Shown here in pieces: positions 28,210 to 38,226 of a stretch of DNA of 64,000 nt. Under the pieces are notes generated by a model. The model ran no database searches and had not been told where the DNA came from. It saw only the letters and a list, made by a program, of their open reading frames with translations. The position numbers were made by a program, and so were the translations under genes. The first letter of the stretch is position 1; each line of letters begins with the position of its first letter. Source of the DNA: Dehalococcoidia bacterium (GTDB lineage Bacteria; Chloroflexota; Dehalococcoidia; Lucifugimonadales; QGNO01); NCBI GenBank assembly GCA_965249115.1, contig CBDFLI010000001.1, forward strand, positions 282,908 to 346,907, written 5' to 3'.

Positions 28210-29102
28210 CGACAGCCCAGGGTACCAGGAGCGTGTACAAGGAGTTCCAAATTGAGGAGTACACAATCAAGGATGAGCCTTTCTACGTCCCCATATCAGA
28301 CGAGATAGAGCTTTTTGAAGCCGCTTACAGGTCCAAGATCCCCGTCTTGTTGAAGGGACCGACAGGATGTGGCAAGACGCGGTTTGTTGAGCACATGGCT
28401 TGGCGCCTAGGCCAGCCGCTTACCACTGCGCGCCGTCGGAGCAAGGCCGAAAGTAACGGGTCTTCACCGGTGCCGCTGATAACCATCGCCTGTCACGAAG
28501 ACCTTACCGCTAGCGACCTGGTCGGCCGGTACCTTCTGGAAGGCGAGGAGACGAAGTGGATAGACGGGCCGTTGACCCGCGCCGTAAAGTTCGGCGGAAT
28601 ATGCTACCTGGACGAGGTTGTGGAAGCCAGGAAAGACACAACGGTGTTGATCCATCCATTAACGGACCACCGCCGGCTGCTTCCCGTGGAGAAACGGGGT
28701 CTTATCCTGGAGGCAGACGATAGGTTTCTTCTGTGCATGTCCTACAACCCGGGATATCAGAGCGCTTTGAAGGACCTCAAGCACAGCACAAGGCAAAGGT
28801 TTGTTTCCATTGAGTTTAATTATCCTACCAGGGACCTGGAGGCTAAGGTCATTCAGCACGAAAGTGGTGTGGACGCAGCCACCTCCGCATCTTTGGCCAA
28901 GCTGGGTGAAAAGGTCCGTCACCTGAAGGACCACGGCTTGCAGGAAGGCGGCAGCACACGGCTGCTGATATACGCAGGTAAGCTTATAAACCAGGGAATC
29001 TCTCCCCGGCGCGCCTCCCAGGTCGCCATCGTCTGGGGCGTAACCGATGATGCGGAGGTCCAGACCAGCATTGAAGAGATCGTCTCCTCAATATTCGAAT
29101 AG
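28206..29102 (+). CDS. CbbQ/NirQ/NorQ-family MoxR-like AAA+ ATPase
   Basis: [19 protein letters not shown]...[28 protein letters not shown]...[11 protein letters not shown] start 28206 after GGGAGGG, overlapping the coaE stop. Track ORF starts at 28176. Confidence 0.85.
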   Translation: MTTAQGTRSVYKEFQIEEYTIKDEPFYVPISDEIELFEAAYRSKIPVLLKGPTGCGKTRFVEHMAWRLGQPLTTARRRSKAESNGSSPVPLITIACHEDLTASDLVGRYLLEGEETKWIDGPLTRAVKFGGICYLDEVVEARKDTTVLIHPLTDHRRLLPVEKRGLILEADDRFLLCMSYNPGYQSALKDLKHSTRQRFVSIEFNYPTRDLEAKVIQHESGVDAATSASLAKLGEKVRHLKDHGLQEGGSTRLLIYAGKLINQGISPRRASQVAIVWGVTDDAEVQTSIEEIVSSIFE

Positions 29103-29124
29103 TGCGGTCCGTCAACGGGGCCCG

Positions 29125-29718
29125 GTGGGTGACTCCGTGCTTGAACGGGTACGGAACGCCCTGTCGTCCAGGGTTGTGCGGAGCGTTGGTGGACACGGAC
29201 TGAAGCCGTCGGCGGTGATGCTGCTGTTGTACCCAAAGCAGGGTGAGTATCACGTACTTTTCAATAAACGTACCCATAAAGTGGAGTTCAACAAAGGGGA
29301 GATTTGCTTTCCCGGCGGCGGCGTGGACCCCGTGGATAAGGACCTGGTCGCCACTGCCTTGCGCGAAACGTATGAAGAGATGGGTGTCCTTCCCGAGGAT
29401 GTGACGGTTCTGGGCGAGATGGACGAGACGACCACCAGGACAGGATTTGTAATTAGACCGTTCGTGGGCACAATTCCGTACCCGTACCGGTTTCACCCCA
29501 GTCCTGCGGAGGTGGCAGAGGTTCTGGAGGTGCCCGTGTCCTGGCTCCTGAACGGCGATAACGTTGGAGTGGAGACGGAGTCGCGCCATGGCGAGGCGCC
29601 GGCCACCAGCTATTCATACGGCGACCAGCTTATATACGGGGCTACGGCCCGTATTCTTCGCCAGTTCCTGGAGATACTGGTAAGTGCCGGTTGGCCTGAG
29701 AGGAAGTTAGCCACATGA
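29125..29718 (+). CDS. NUDIX hydrolase, CoA-pyrophosphatase type
   Basis: NKRTHKVEFNKGEICFPGGGVDPVDKDLVATALRETYEEMGV (CoAse-type motif preceding the Nudix box). Start uncertain (GTG 29125; track ORF from 29047). Confidence 0.75.
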   Translation: MGDSVLERVRNALSSRVVRSVGGHGLKPSAVMLLLYPKQGEYHVLFNKRTHKVEFNKGEICFPGGGVDPVDKDLVATALRETYEEMGVLPEDVTVLGEMDETTTRTGFVIRPFVGTIPYPYRFHPSPAEVAEVLEVPVSWLLNGDNVGVETESRHGEAPATSYSYGDQLIYGATARILRQFLEILVSAGWPERKLAT

Positions 29719-32700
29719 CCATAAACTTTGCGGGACTGGAACAGGCCATGCAGCGCTTTCCAGCCGCGGTAATAGACGAATACCGTCACGCAGCCGAAGT
29801 TCTCCAACCCCAGATGGATGAGGTTGACCTGTTCAGCTGGGCGGGACAGGGCGTGAAGATAGCGGAACAGACCATTAGATCATGGGAGGCGGCATCTGAG
29901 TTTTTCAGGGTCAGCCCGGAGGTGTTACAGGAGCTTACCCCTGGGCAGCTCCTGGAGTGGGCGGGATGCGGCGCCACCCTGTGCCGGGAGTCGCCGACTC
30001 TGGGCCTGGCGTTTTTCCGGGCCAGCGCCTCCAGCGTGAACCAACTTCAACCACAAAACATTCAGGGCTGGGCGGACCTGGGTAAGGGGCTTTACAGAGG
30101 CACCTGGAAGTCGGGCACCCTGGCCGCAAAGTTCTTTGAGATAAGCCCCGTGCTCCTGAGACAGATGAGCTACCGTGAGCTGGAGGGGTTTGCCAACCTG
30201 GTGAGTTTCCTTTCGCACAAGTCTTCGGAACTGGCCGCCGACTGCCTTGCGTTGGGAGAGCAGGTGCTTCCGCAAATAGGGCACAACCGGCTTGCTTTAA
30301 TCAACCTCTCATTCGCCGTGGCGGAGACCAACTGGCGAGAGGTCAAAGGTTGTCTTGAGTCGGCGTCCAGGGTAGTGGCCCACCTTGGGGATGAGCACCG
30401 TGGTCGGTTCCTTAACCTGGCCCTGACAATGGTGCGGGGCGGTCTGACTAACGTCAGCATTTTCCTTAATGAAGTTTCCGCAGAGTTGTCCAGGGTGGGT
30501 TTTTCCGACCAGGGACAGGTCCTGAGCATGGCGGAGGCGTTGCTCCCCGACTCCCACGAGGCGGTTGCGGCGTTTCTTCACAGTGGGCCCGGGCTTTTGA
30601 ACAAGATAAGCCGCAACCAGCTGGGAACCTGGTTTGAAAAGGGAAGGGACATCCTCCAGGAGAATGTGGATGGAGGCCTGGCCTACTTCAGGGTTGAGTC
30701 CAGTACCTCTGAGGCCATGCTGGAGAGCCTGTCATCGTCCGTGGAGTTGGAGCGGTTCAAAGAGGTGTTGCGGATGTACTGCCGCGGCCTGGCCGGGTCG
30801 GAGATGGATATCGCCGTCACCGAGGACTTGCTCGCCAAGAACATCGGCTGGGTCTCCGAGGGCCACGCCGCCACCGAGGGCACAACTGTGTATCTCCCTG
30901 CAACCGTGGACAGGTACGAGACGAAGCAGGACAACTTTTCCCTCTACAAAGTGGTGTCGACCCACCAGGTGGCGCACATTGAATTCGGCAGCTTCCACTT
31001 CTCCTTCGAGACCCCGGCCGTCCGGTTCCGTGACCTCCGCATGTCCCGTGAGGAGGAGGTCCGGGGGAAGACAGTCGAGGAGTCCCCGTTACAGGAGGTC
31101 ATGTTCCCCATTGGCGATGGCACACTGACTGATGTGCCGGATGTCCCTGTTATCGGCGATCAGAATGACGGCGACCAGAATGGCAGTGGTGAGAAGAGTT
31201 TCCTGACGGATATTGGCCGTTTCTTCAACCTGTTTGACGACCGGAAGCTGTCCCTTGACATATTCACTGTGGTGGAGGACGGGAGACTGGACCACCGGGT
31301 GAAGCTGGAATACCCGGGCATTGCCGGAGCATACCGGCGCATCCAGACAGATGCGTTGTCGGAGCGTCCGGAGATAAAAGATATGCCTCTCCAGGAGGCC
31401 ATGGTGGAGCTTCTTCTGCGCTTGAGCCTTCAACAGAGCAAAGGCCTGCCTGTACCAAGCATGTATGTGGACCAGGCCAGGGCTATTGCCCAGCTGGCAA
31501 GACGCGTGTTGTCACCGCACGCCACCGTTGAAGACTCGGCAGAGGCCACCATCCGAATCTACGACGTGATCGCGTCCTTGTCCAACGTTGAGGTCCCCGA
31601 GGACGAGTGGACCGAGGAGGATATGGACGAGGAGGAGATGTCGGAACAGGACCTGGAGAGCCTGTTGGACCAGCTCCAGGTGGAAGCCGGGGCAACGCAG
31701 CCCTCCACTGACATGAACGAACAGGCCTACGATTCGCCTCCCCAGGTGGACTACAGGGGAGACTTCAAACCGGAGCTCAGCCAGCTGCTGACAAACCTCA
31801 GGATGCAGCAGGGTCAGGGCGACGGACAAATGGACGGTCAGCAGCTGTCACAGGAGATGCTGGAGCAGCTCCTGGCCGACAGCGCGGAGCTGGACCTGGA
31901 CAATGAGTCGGGCCAGTACGACCAGGAGCTGAACACCTTTGTTCAGAACTTCATGAAAGAGGTCGGCAAGGGTTCGCCTCCGGACGCGGGCAAGGGTCAG
32001 GGCCTGATCCCTCATGTTGACGACGAGGGATACCCCATAGAGACCAGCGAGCCGAAGACCTTCGTGTACGACGAGTGGGACTTCAGGGCCGTTGACTACA
32101 GGCCCAGGTGGTGCCTTGTCAGAGAGAAGTGGCTCCCGGAAGGGGACAACCACTACTTTGCCGACACGCTTCAGAACCATTCCCAGCTGGTGAGCCAGAT
32201 ACGGCGACAGTTTGAGATGATGATGCCGGAGCAGTACCGCAAGACCAAGCACCTGCCGGATGGTGAAGACTTTGACCTGGATGCGGTGGTGGAGTCCATC
32301 ATTGACAAGTGGGCCGGAGGGTCGCCTTCGGAAAAGGTCCACTGGCGACGCAACAGGATCGGGAGGGATGTGGCGGTGGTGTTCCTGTTGGATATGAGCG
32401 CCTCCACCGCCGAGGCCATAGACGAGTCGCACCGTGTAGCCGATAGCTGGGACGCGCCGGACGACCCTGTGGAGTACATGGCGTGGCTGCGTACCAGGCG
32501 GGGAGAGACCCAGCGCCGGAGCTACAAGCGCATCATAGACGTGGAGAAGGAGAGCATTGTCCTGCTGATCAACGCACTTGAGACCATAGGAGACACCTAC
32601 GGTATCTACGGGTTCTCCGGCTACGGGCGGGAGAACGTTGAGTACTACATAATCAAGGACCTGGAGGAGACCTTCTCCGAACGGGTGAAGAAGCGTATCG

Positions 32701-33053
32701 ACAGGATCACGCCGCTCCACGCCACGCGCATGGGGCCGGCGATCCGCCACACCGTGAGCAAGCTGAACAAACAGGACGCGCACACCAAGCTACTGTTCCT
32801 GATCAGCGACGGTCGTCCCCAGGACAGGGGGTACAGCAGGGAGGGCGTGGAGAAGGAGTACGCCGTCCACGACACTAAGATGGCGCTTACGGAGGCACGC
32901 AGGCAGAACATAACCCCCTTTGCGCTCACGGTGGACAAGGCGGGCCACGACTACTTGAGGACCATGTGCCAGGACATGGGGTACGAGGTCCTGGATGATA
33001 TCACCGCTTTGCCGGAACGTCTGCCCATGCTTTACCGTAAGCTGACTGTCTAG
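29715..33053 (+). CDS. Large CbbO/NorD-like protein with C-terminal von Willebrand factor A domain
   Basis: 1112 aa. C-terminal VWA with intact MIDAS VVFLLDMSAST...FLISDGRPQD. Acidic low-complexity centre EDEWTEEDMDEEEMSEQD. ATGA overlap with the NUDIX gene. Confidence 0.8.
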   Translation: MTINFAGLEQAMQRFPAAVIDEYRHAAEVLQPQMDEVDLFSWAGQGVKIAEQTIRSWEAASEFFRVSPEVLQELTPGQLLEWAGCGATLCRESPTLGLAFFRASASSVNQLQPQNIQGWADLGKGLYRGTWKSGTLAAKFFEISPVLLRQMSYRELEGFANLVSFLSHKSSELAADCLALGEQVLPQIGHNRLALINLSFAVAETNWREVKGCLESASRVVAHLGDEHRGRFLNLALTMVRGGLTNVSIFLNEVSAELSRVGFSDQGQVLSMAEALLPDSHEAVAAFLHSGPGLLNKISRNQLGTWFEKGRDILQENVDGGLAYFRVESSTSEAMLESLSSSVELERFKEVLRMYCRGLAGSEMDIAVTEDLLAKNIGWVSEGHAATEGTTVYLPATVDRYETKQDNFSLYKVVSTHQVAHIEFGSFHFSFETPAVRFRDLRMSREEEVRGKTVEESPLQEVMFPIGDGTLTDVPDVPVIGDQNDGDQNGSGEKSFLTDIGRFFNLFDDRKLSLDIFTVVEDGRLDHRVKLEYPGIAGAYRRIQTDALSERPEIKDMPLQEAMVELLLRLSLQQSKGLPVPSMYVDQARAIAQLARRVLSPHATVEDSAEATIRIYDVIASLSNVEVPEDEWTEEDMDEEEMSEQDLESLLDQLQVEAGATQPSTDMNEQAYDSPPQVDYRGDFKPELSQLLTNLRMQQGQGDGQMDGQQLSQEMLEQLLADSAELDLDNESGQYDQELNTFVQNFMKEVGKGSPPDAGKGQGLIPHVDDEGYPIETSEPKTFVYDEWDFRAVDYRPRWCLVREKWLPEGDNHYFADTLQNHSQLVSQIRRQFEMMMPEQYRKTKHLPDGEDFDLDAVVESIIDKWAGGSPSEKVHWRRNRIGRDVAVVFLLDMSASTAEAIDESHRVADSWDAPDDPVEYMAWLRTRRGETQRRSYKRIIDVEKESIVLLINALETIGDTYGIYGFSGYGRENVEYYIIKDLEETFSERVKKRIDRITPLHATRMGPAIRHTVSKLNKQDAHTKLLFLISDGRPQDRGYSREGVEKEYAVHDTKMALTEARRQNITPFALTVDKAGHDYLRTMCQDMGYEVLDDITALPERLPMLYRKLTV

Positions 33054-33174
33054 TTAGCCGCGTACGCTTTCTTCCTGCCCACTCCGTCTTGTCGTCCGTC
33101 TTCAATTAGCCTTTTGTCCGTCTTCGACCAGAGGGCGGCGGACCTGTCGTTTCCCCTGGCGCTCTTCTTTCCTG

Positions 33175-34407
33175 CTAGTGGTCGGAGATAATGCGGCGCA
33201 GGGTCAGGAGGGCCATGATCACGGCCCGGTGTTTTATCAGGTCGCGGTTGTGGGAAGGGAAGCGGTGGTAGCCGGACTCCGTTCCTCCGGTGTGGGCCAC
33301 GCCTATGTACACCGTTCCGGGAGGCTTGTCTTCCAGTGGCTCTGGCCCGGCGATTCCTGTGATGCCTATACCGAAGTCGGCGCCGATGTTCTCGCGTACA
33401 GCCTTGGCCATGGCCTCCGCCGTCTGAGGGCTGACTGCGCCGTGTTCCTCAATGATGCCGGCGGGCACACCGGAGGCCGTCTTCAACTGGTTGGTGTAGG
33501 AGACAATGCCGCCCTTGAAGTAGGCTGAGCTGCCCGGGACGTTGGTGATGGTATCCGCCAGGAGACCGCCCGTGCAGGACTCCATAGTGGCCAGTGTAAG
33601 ACCCTTTTTCTGGAGTAGATCGGCCACGCTGTTCTCAACGGTTTCGTCGTCCGCGCCCCAGATGGTGTCCTGGAAGATGTCCCGGAGTTCTTTTTCGACG
33701 GACAACATCGCTATGTTGGCCTCTGCGCGGCTTGTGCCGCGGGCGATGATCCGCAGGTGGATGCCGTCTGGTTTGGCGTAAACGCCCACGTACGGATTAT
33801 CCTTGCCCAGTACGGGTGCGGCCATCTCGTCCACAGCGCCTTCCGCCAGGGTGATGGTCTTCAGAGTGCGGGTCACCACTACGGTGTCCGTGACGCGTTC
33901 TCTTATTCTGGGGACCACCTCCCGGTCCCATATGTCGTGAAGCTCACGGGGAGGGCCGGGGAGGGCCACTATGATATGTCCGTCTTTCTCGGCCCACCAG
34001 CCGGGAGCGCTGCCGAGACGGTTGGGTATGGCCTTGGCGGAGGGGATAAGCCACGCCTGCTTGAGGTTGGTAGAGGGCATCTCGGTGCCCCTGGCCCTGA
34101 ACAAGTCCGTCAGGACCTCAAGCTGTTCTTCGTCCACGGAGGGCTCTTCACCAAGCACCAGGGCAATGGTCTCGCGGGTTACGTCGTCCTGGGTGGGTCC
34201 CAGCCCTCCAGTGGTGAACGTAAACTGGTTTCTTTTCCAGGACCGCGTCACGACCTCAGCGTACTGCTCCGGGTCGTCGCCCACCAGAGTGGCCTGCCGG
34301 AGCTGTAGGCCCAATTCCGGAAGACGGGAGGCCAGCCAGGATGAGTTGGTGTCCTGAATCTCTCCCATGAGAAGCTCTGTGCCGGAGGCTATGGTCTCTG
34401 CGTACAT
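33175..34407 (-). CDS. cinA: Competence/damage-inducible protein CinA (MoCF-like + NMN deamidase domains)
   Basis: 410 aa: IASGTELLMGEIQDTNSSWLASRL...TTGGLGPTQDDVTRE...ATMESCTGGLLA. Confidence 0.9.
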   Translation of the reverse strand: MYAETIASGTELLMGEIQDTNSSWLASRLPELGLQLRQATLVGDDPEQYAEVVTRSWKRNQFTFTTGGLGPTQDDVTRETIALVLGEEPSVDEEQLEVLTDLFRARGTEMPSTNLKQAWLIPSAKAIPNRLGSAPGWWAEKDGHIIVALPGPPRELHDIWDREVVPRIRERVTDTVVVTRTLKTITLAEGAVDEMAAPVLGKDNPYVGVYAKPDGIHLRIIARGTSRAEANIAMLSVEKELRDIFQDTIWGADDETVENSVADLLQKKGLTLATMESCTGGLLADTITNVPGSSAYFKGGIVSYTNQLKTASGVPAGIIEEHGAVSPQTAEAMAKAVRENIGADFGIGITGIAGPEPLEDKPPGTVYIGVAHTGGTESGYHRFPSHNRDLIKHRAVIMALLTLRRIISDH

Positions 34408-34507
34408 GTATACCTGCTCTTGACCGGTCCCACGAGTATAGGTCGGGCATCGGGAGGTGACAAGGGTAAATGCGAGAGGGATAGAAAACGAAAGTATGAC
34501 TGTGCGC

Positions 34508-35602
34508 CTATTGACTCTGGGTGGCGGCCATGCGCTCCTTCAGCCAGTCCAGGGCAGGTGTTGCCGCAGGGTCCACCCCGTTCAACATGGCCAGGTAGTA
34601 GCTGACGTAGTCTCCCACCATAACGGCGCTAAGGATCTGGGTCAGCGGTGTCTTGCCTGCTGCTTCAACCTGGTAGTGCTTTACCCCCTCCTGGCTGAGC
34701 AGGGCCTGGGTGACCTTAAATCGTTGCGATGTGCGGGGGTTGAGCAGGGATGAGTGGAGAAAGACAACGGCCACCCGGCCTTTGACCTCGCCGGGTAGTG
34801 CAAGGCCTTGAGCCGAGTTATGGTTGGCCTCCGGCAACTCTTCCGCGAAGGCCCACACCTTGCTGTTTTCGTTCAGCTGGGTCTTCCACCTTCTGGCGAC
34901 GGCTGTGAGGAACCCCGCGCCGTAGACGACTGGTAGTGTGTCATGAAGATGTACGGCCAGGCCCTTGGCCTGGTTCTGTGACAGGGGCACTTGAGGCGAT
35001 AGCGTACCCGCCAACTCCCGTAACTCCCGCGCCGCTTCTGCCAGTTCGCCGGCCCGGTCTTTCAGGAACCCCAGTCTGCATAGGAAGGCCAGGGGAGCGA
35101 TAAAGCTATACCCGAGAGCGGAGCGTGGTTCTCCCTGGTATGTAACCTTGAGAAGGGGAACGTTGTCCTGTCGGGCCAGTTTACCCAGCGTTCCACCCGT
35201 GGTAACGGCCATGAGCTTGGTATCTCTCTCCCTCGCCAGGTGGTACATGGCCAGGGTCTCTTCGGTGTTGCCAGAGTAGCTGGATGCTATGACCAGGGCG
35301 CGGGGCCCCAGCCAGGGCGGTAGGGTGTAGTCACGCGCCACAGTTACCCACGGGCCCTTCTCCAGGTGCGCCAAAGCGGCTATCAGATCGCCGCCAATGG
35401 CGGAGCCTCCAACGCCCAGTATCACGGCTGCCTGAGCGTCGGCGTAGGTGTCAGGAAGGGGTAGGGATGACCCTTCCTCCCAGGCCAGGACACACTGGTC
35501 GGGCAGACCCGCGATGCGGTCTCGCAGGTTGGACGGGTCCAGAGTGGAATAGGTTTCCGACTTGTCCAGAAGAGATATGGTGTCGTAGCTTTTGGGGTCC
35601 AT
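34508..35602 (-). CDS. Bifunctional phosphoglucose/phosphomannose isomerase (SIS)
   Basis: 364 aa: ILGVGGSAIGGDLIAALAHL...ASSYSGNTEETL. Confidence 0.8.
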   Translation of the reverse strand: MDPKSYDTISLLDKSETYSTLDPSNLRDRIAGLPDQCVLAWEEGSSLPLPDTYADAQAAVILGVGGSAIGGDLIAALAHLEKGPWVTVARDYTLPPWLGPRALVIASSYSGNTEETLAMYHLARERDTKLMAVTTGGTLGKLARQDNVPLLKVTYQGEPRSALGYSFIAPLAFLCRLGFLKDRAGELAEAARELRELAGTLSPQVPLSQNQAKGLAVHLHDTLPVVYGAGFLTAVARRWKTQLNENSKVWAFAEELPEANHNSAQGLALPGEVKGRVAVVFLHSSLLNPRTSQRFKVTQALLSQEGVKHYQVEAAGKTPLTQILSAVMVGDYVSYYLAMLNGVDPAATPALDWLKERMAATQSQ

Positions 35603-35656
35603 TTGAGTAGTTTGTTGGAATGAACCAGTCCTGATGCGGTGCCAGGATTATATGTA

Positions 35657-35791
35657 CCCGGTCTGGTTGTGACAAGGTTGCGGCCCGGTCTGGTTGTGAC
35701 AAGGTTGCGGCCCGGTCTGGCTGTGACAAAGTTGCGGCCCGGTCTGGTTGTGACAAAGTTGCGGCCCGGTCTGGTTGTGACAAAGTTGCGG
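35657..35791. repeat. 5 x 27-bp perfect-phase tandem repeat (CCCGGTCTGGTTGTGACAAGGTTGCGG)
   Basis: Units at 35657, 35684, 35711, 35738 and 35765, with 0-2 substitutions per unit. Located in the divergent promoter region between pgi/pmi and the O-antigen-ligase-like gene. Confidence 0.95.
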
Positions 35792-35913
35792 GACGAACAA
35801 GTGTTTCGGGTAACGCAGTCGTATGGTTTGACCGGTTGCTGATACGACGATGAGAAGGTAGGCTTTATTCTTGTGATACTAGTAATAAGCCTGCCGTTCC
35901 AAAGAAACCGAGC

Positions 35914-38142
35914 ATGTCCATCCGGATAGATGAAGCGCATCTAATCGGAGTACGGGCTTTGGTTTTCCTGGTCCTGTTGATGCCACTTGCCGTGACGGGT
36001 ACCTTCCCCTTCCCTGGTGATGACACGCTGTTTCCATTCATAGTTGGGAAGGCAATCTACGCCCGATTCTTGATCGAGCTGATTTTCGCCGCGTGGCTCA
36101 TCCTAGCAATGCGCAACGCATCTTACAGGCCTCCTCGCTCGTGGGTGTTGTGGCTTTTTGGAATATGGGTCCTTGCGAGCTTTGTGGCAGCCGTGGCGGG
36201 CGTCAGTTTCCAGAGGAGCTTCTGGGGTGACTTCCGGCGGATGGGTGGGGTGTTCGACATGGTGCATTGGCTGGGATTCCTCATAGTTTTGGTCAGTGTC
36301 TTTAGAAACCCCAAAGAATGGAATTGGCTGCTGAACGCCACCCTCGCCGTTGGACTGGCGGTGTCACTTCTTGGACTAAGCCAACACTTTGAAATCCAGC
36401 TTTTCCCCAGGTATCTCTGGTACCTTCAGTCAGCAGAAAGGATTGATTCCACTTTCGGAAACCCCACGTACGTGGGGGTCTATCTGATGGTCACAACGCT
36501 GATCGGCCTGGGTCTTCTGGCTCGGTCCTTCGAGCGCCCTCCGCGGCCATCGTCGGACGTACGCCGACAGACACGACCAGCATCGCGGAGGCGTGTGTCT
36601 GAGGCGAATCAGGGGGACGAGTGGATCTGGGTTTTGCGACTATTCTGGCTGGCAGCTGCTGCACTGGGTCTGTGGGTATTGACGCTGTCAGGCAGCCGGG
36701 GGTCCGCCATAGGCCTGGTAGTAGCGCTCATTTTCGTAGGGGTCGGGTACGCAGTCTGGGGCTACAACAGAAGATGGAGATATTTGACCGGCGCACTAGT
36801 GGTGGGAATTGTCGTGACTGTACTGGCTGCGCCGGTTGTTGGAGAAACGGCCTTATTTCAAAGGCTTACTGAGATGAACGTCTTGGTGGCGCGGTTGGAC
36901 CGGGTCCTGGAATTTGGGCTGGGAGAATCGTTCCACGCCAGGTATACGACTGCCCGATTTGGTATTGAGGCGTTCCTGCACGCTCCGGTCTTGGGATGGG
37001 GGCCTGAGAACTTTGCAGTGGCGTTTGACAGATTCGTGGATGGTCAACAGCTAACCTCAGCACAGGGCCTGGCCGACCAGGCGCACAACAAGTTCATTGG
37101 AGAGCTGACTACCAAAGGTTTTGTGGGCTTTGCCGCATACTTCCTGCTGATCGGATGGCTGTTCTGGACAGTCGTCCGTGCCGTTCGCGCCGAACGCATG
37201 GAGAGGTTGTTTGTATTGTTGGTGAGTGCGGCTTTCATCGGATATGTGGTCCAGAACCTAATGCTGTTTGATACCCCCGGTACCTTCTTGCTGTTCACAT
37301 TGCTGGTCGGTTGGCTGACAACCAGGGAAACGCAACTTCAGGCTACAAGTACCCCTTCGATGGGTGGTGGCGTCGGAGCGGGCGCTTCGGAAAGGGCCAG
37401 CAGCGGTAACAGACAGAATAAGGAGCGTGGGTCAGGACTACAGGGTTGGCTGGAAACACACAACGTTCGACCCGAATTGTTGGCTTACATCTCAGCGGTA
37501 TTGGTGGTCTTAGCCGCTGTAGTCAGCATTTATTTCAATGTCTATCGACCGTACCGTGCGGCCCAGGTCTTCCCGTTAACCGGCACGAGCATTGAGACCT
37601 TCTTCGCTCAAGCCCAGGACAGCTTTGCCGCCTTTCCACCTCTGGCCACTCTGGGTCGCCAGGTGGCGTTCGATACACTCTCAACTAACTGGGAGAAAGT
37701 AAATCCTGAATTTGAAGCAGCCCTGCTGGACCAGGTGCAATTTGAAGGCCAGGCTGCGATTCGTAGCGAGCCACAGAATGCGCGGTTGCGTATCAGCCTG
37801 GCGCATATATATCAGGCCGCCGGGGAAAACGATAGTGACTACCTTCTACTTGCAAGACCTCACGTAGAAGCTGCTCTGCAACTAGGTCCACGGCTTGTGG
37901 TTACATTGTTGGCAGCCATTCAGCAAGAAATAGGCGAGAAGAACTACTCTGAAGCGCTCATATTGATAAACTCCTACGACGGATTGGACGCTAACGTAAG
38001 AAACCACATCAGGGACTTGGGTGACGAGGTGCGAAACAGAATAATCCTGCAAGTCGGTCAGCAGGAGTACGATTGTCGCTGGGCAAACCAGCCGCTTGAC
38101 CTCACTGCCGAAGAGCGGGCCGAGATTCTTTGTAACCAGTAG
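35914..38142 (+). CDS. O-antigen ligase (Wzy_C)-family membrane protein with soluble TPR-like C-terminal region
   Basis: 742 aa, many hydrophobic helices. LTLSGSRGSAIGLVVALIF is the typical Wzy_C core. Confidence 0.7.
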   Translation: MSIRIDEAHLIGVRALVFLVLLMPLAVTGTFPFPGDDTLFPFIVGKAIYARFLIELIFAAWLILAMRNASYRPPRSWVLWLFGIWVLASFVAAVAGVSFQRSFWGDFRRMGGVFDMVHWLGFLIVLVSVFRNPKEWNWLLNATLAVGLAVSLLGLSQHFEIQLFPRYLWYLQSAERIDSTFGNPTYVGVYLMVTTLIGLGLLARSFERPPRPSSDVRRQTRPASRRRVSEANQGDEWIWVLRLFWLAAAALGLWVLTLSGSRGSAIGLVVALIFVGVGYAVWGYNRRWRYLTGALVVGIVVTVLAAPVVGETALFQRLTEMNVLVARLDRVLEFGLGESFHARYTTARFGIEAFLHAPVLGWGPENFAVAFDRFVDGQQLTSAQGLADQAHNKFIGELTTKGFVGFAAYFLLIGWLFWTVVRAVRAERMERLFVLLVSAAFIGYVVQNLMLFDTPGTFLLFTLLVGWLTTRETQLQATSTPSMGGGVGAGASERASSGNRQNKERGSGLQGWLETHNVRPELLAYISAVLVVLAAVVSIYFNVYRPYRAAQVFPLTGTSIETFFAQAQDSFAAFPPLATLGRQVAFDTLSTNWEKVNPEFEAALLDQVQFEGQAAIRSEPQNARLRISLAHIYQAAGENDSDYLLLARPHVEAALQLGPRLVVTLLAAIQQEIGEKNYSEALILINSYDGLDANVRNHIRDLGDEVRNRIILQVGQQEYDCRWANQPLDLTAEERAEILCNQ

Positions 38143-38226
38143 TCCCTGGTTGGCCCTGCGGCTCGCATACAATGTGGCAGCCACGTGTACACTTATCTAC
38201 GCCATATCATTGCAGGAGGTAACGTC

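Noticed and set aside
31848-32783. 311-aa minus-strand ORF inside the VWA gene, and similar long antisense ORFs (1246..2046, 11109..11867, 20179..20835, 45100..45798, 60655..60987)
   Set aside because: These are typical GC-rich shadow ORFs opposite well-supported genes, with low-complexity Arg/Gly/Pro/His-rich translations.
33054-33174. Three TCCGTCTT octamers downstream of the VWA gene
   Set aside because: They are short and irregularly spaced, with no associated hairpin or promoter. Likely chance in a pyrimidine-rich spacer.
35657-35791. Possible CRISPR array (regular 27-bp periodicity)
   Set aside because: The units are directly adjacent with no unique spacers, and no cas genes are nearby. 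It is a tandem repeat, not a CRISPR.
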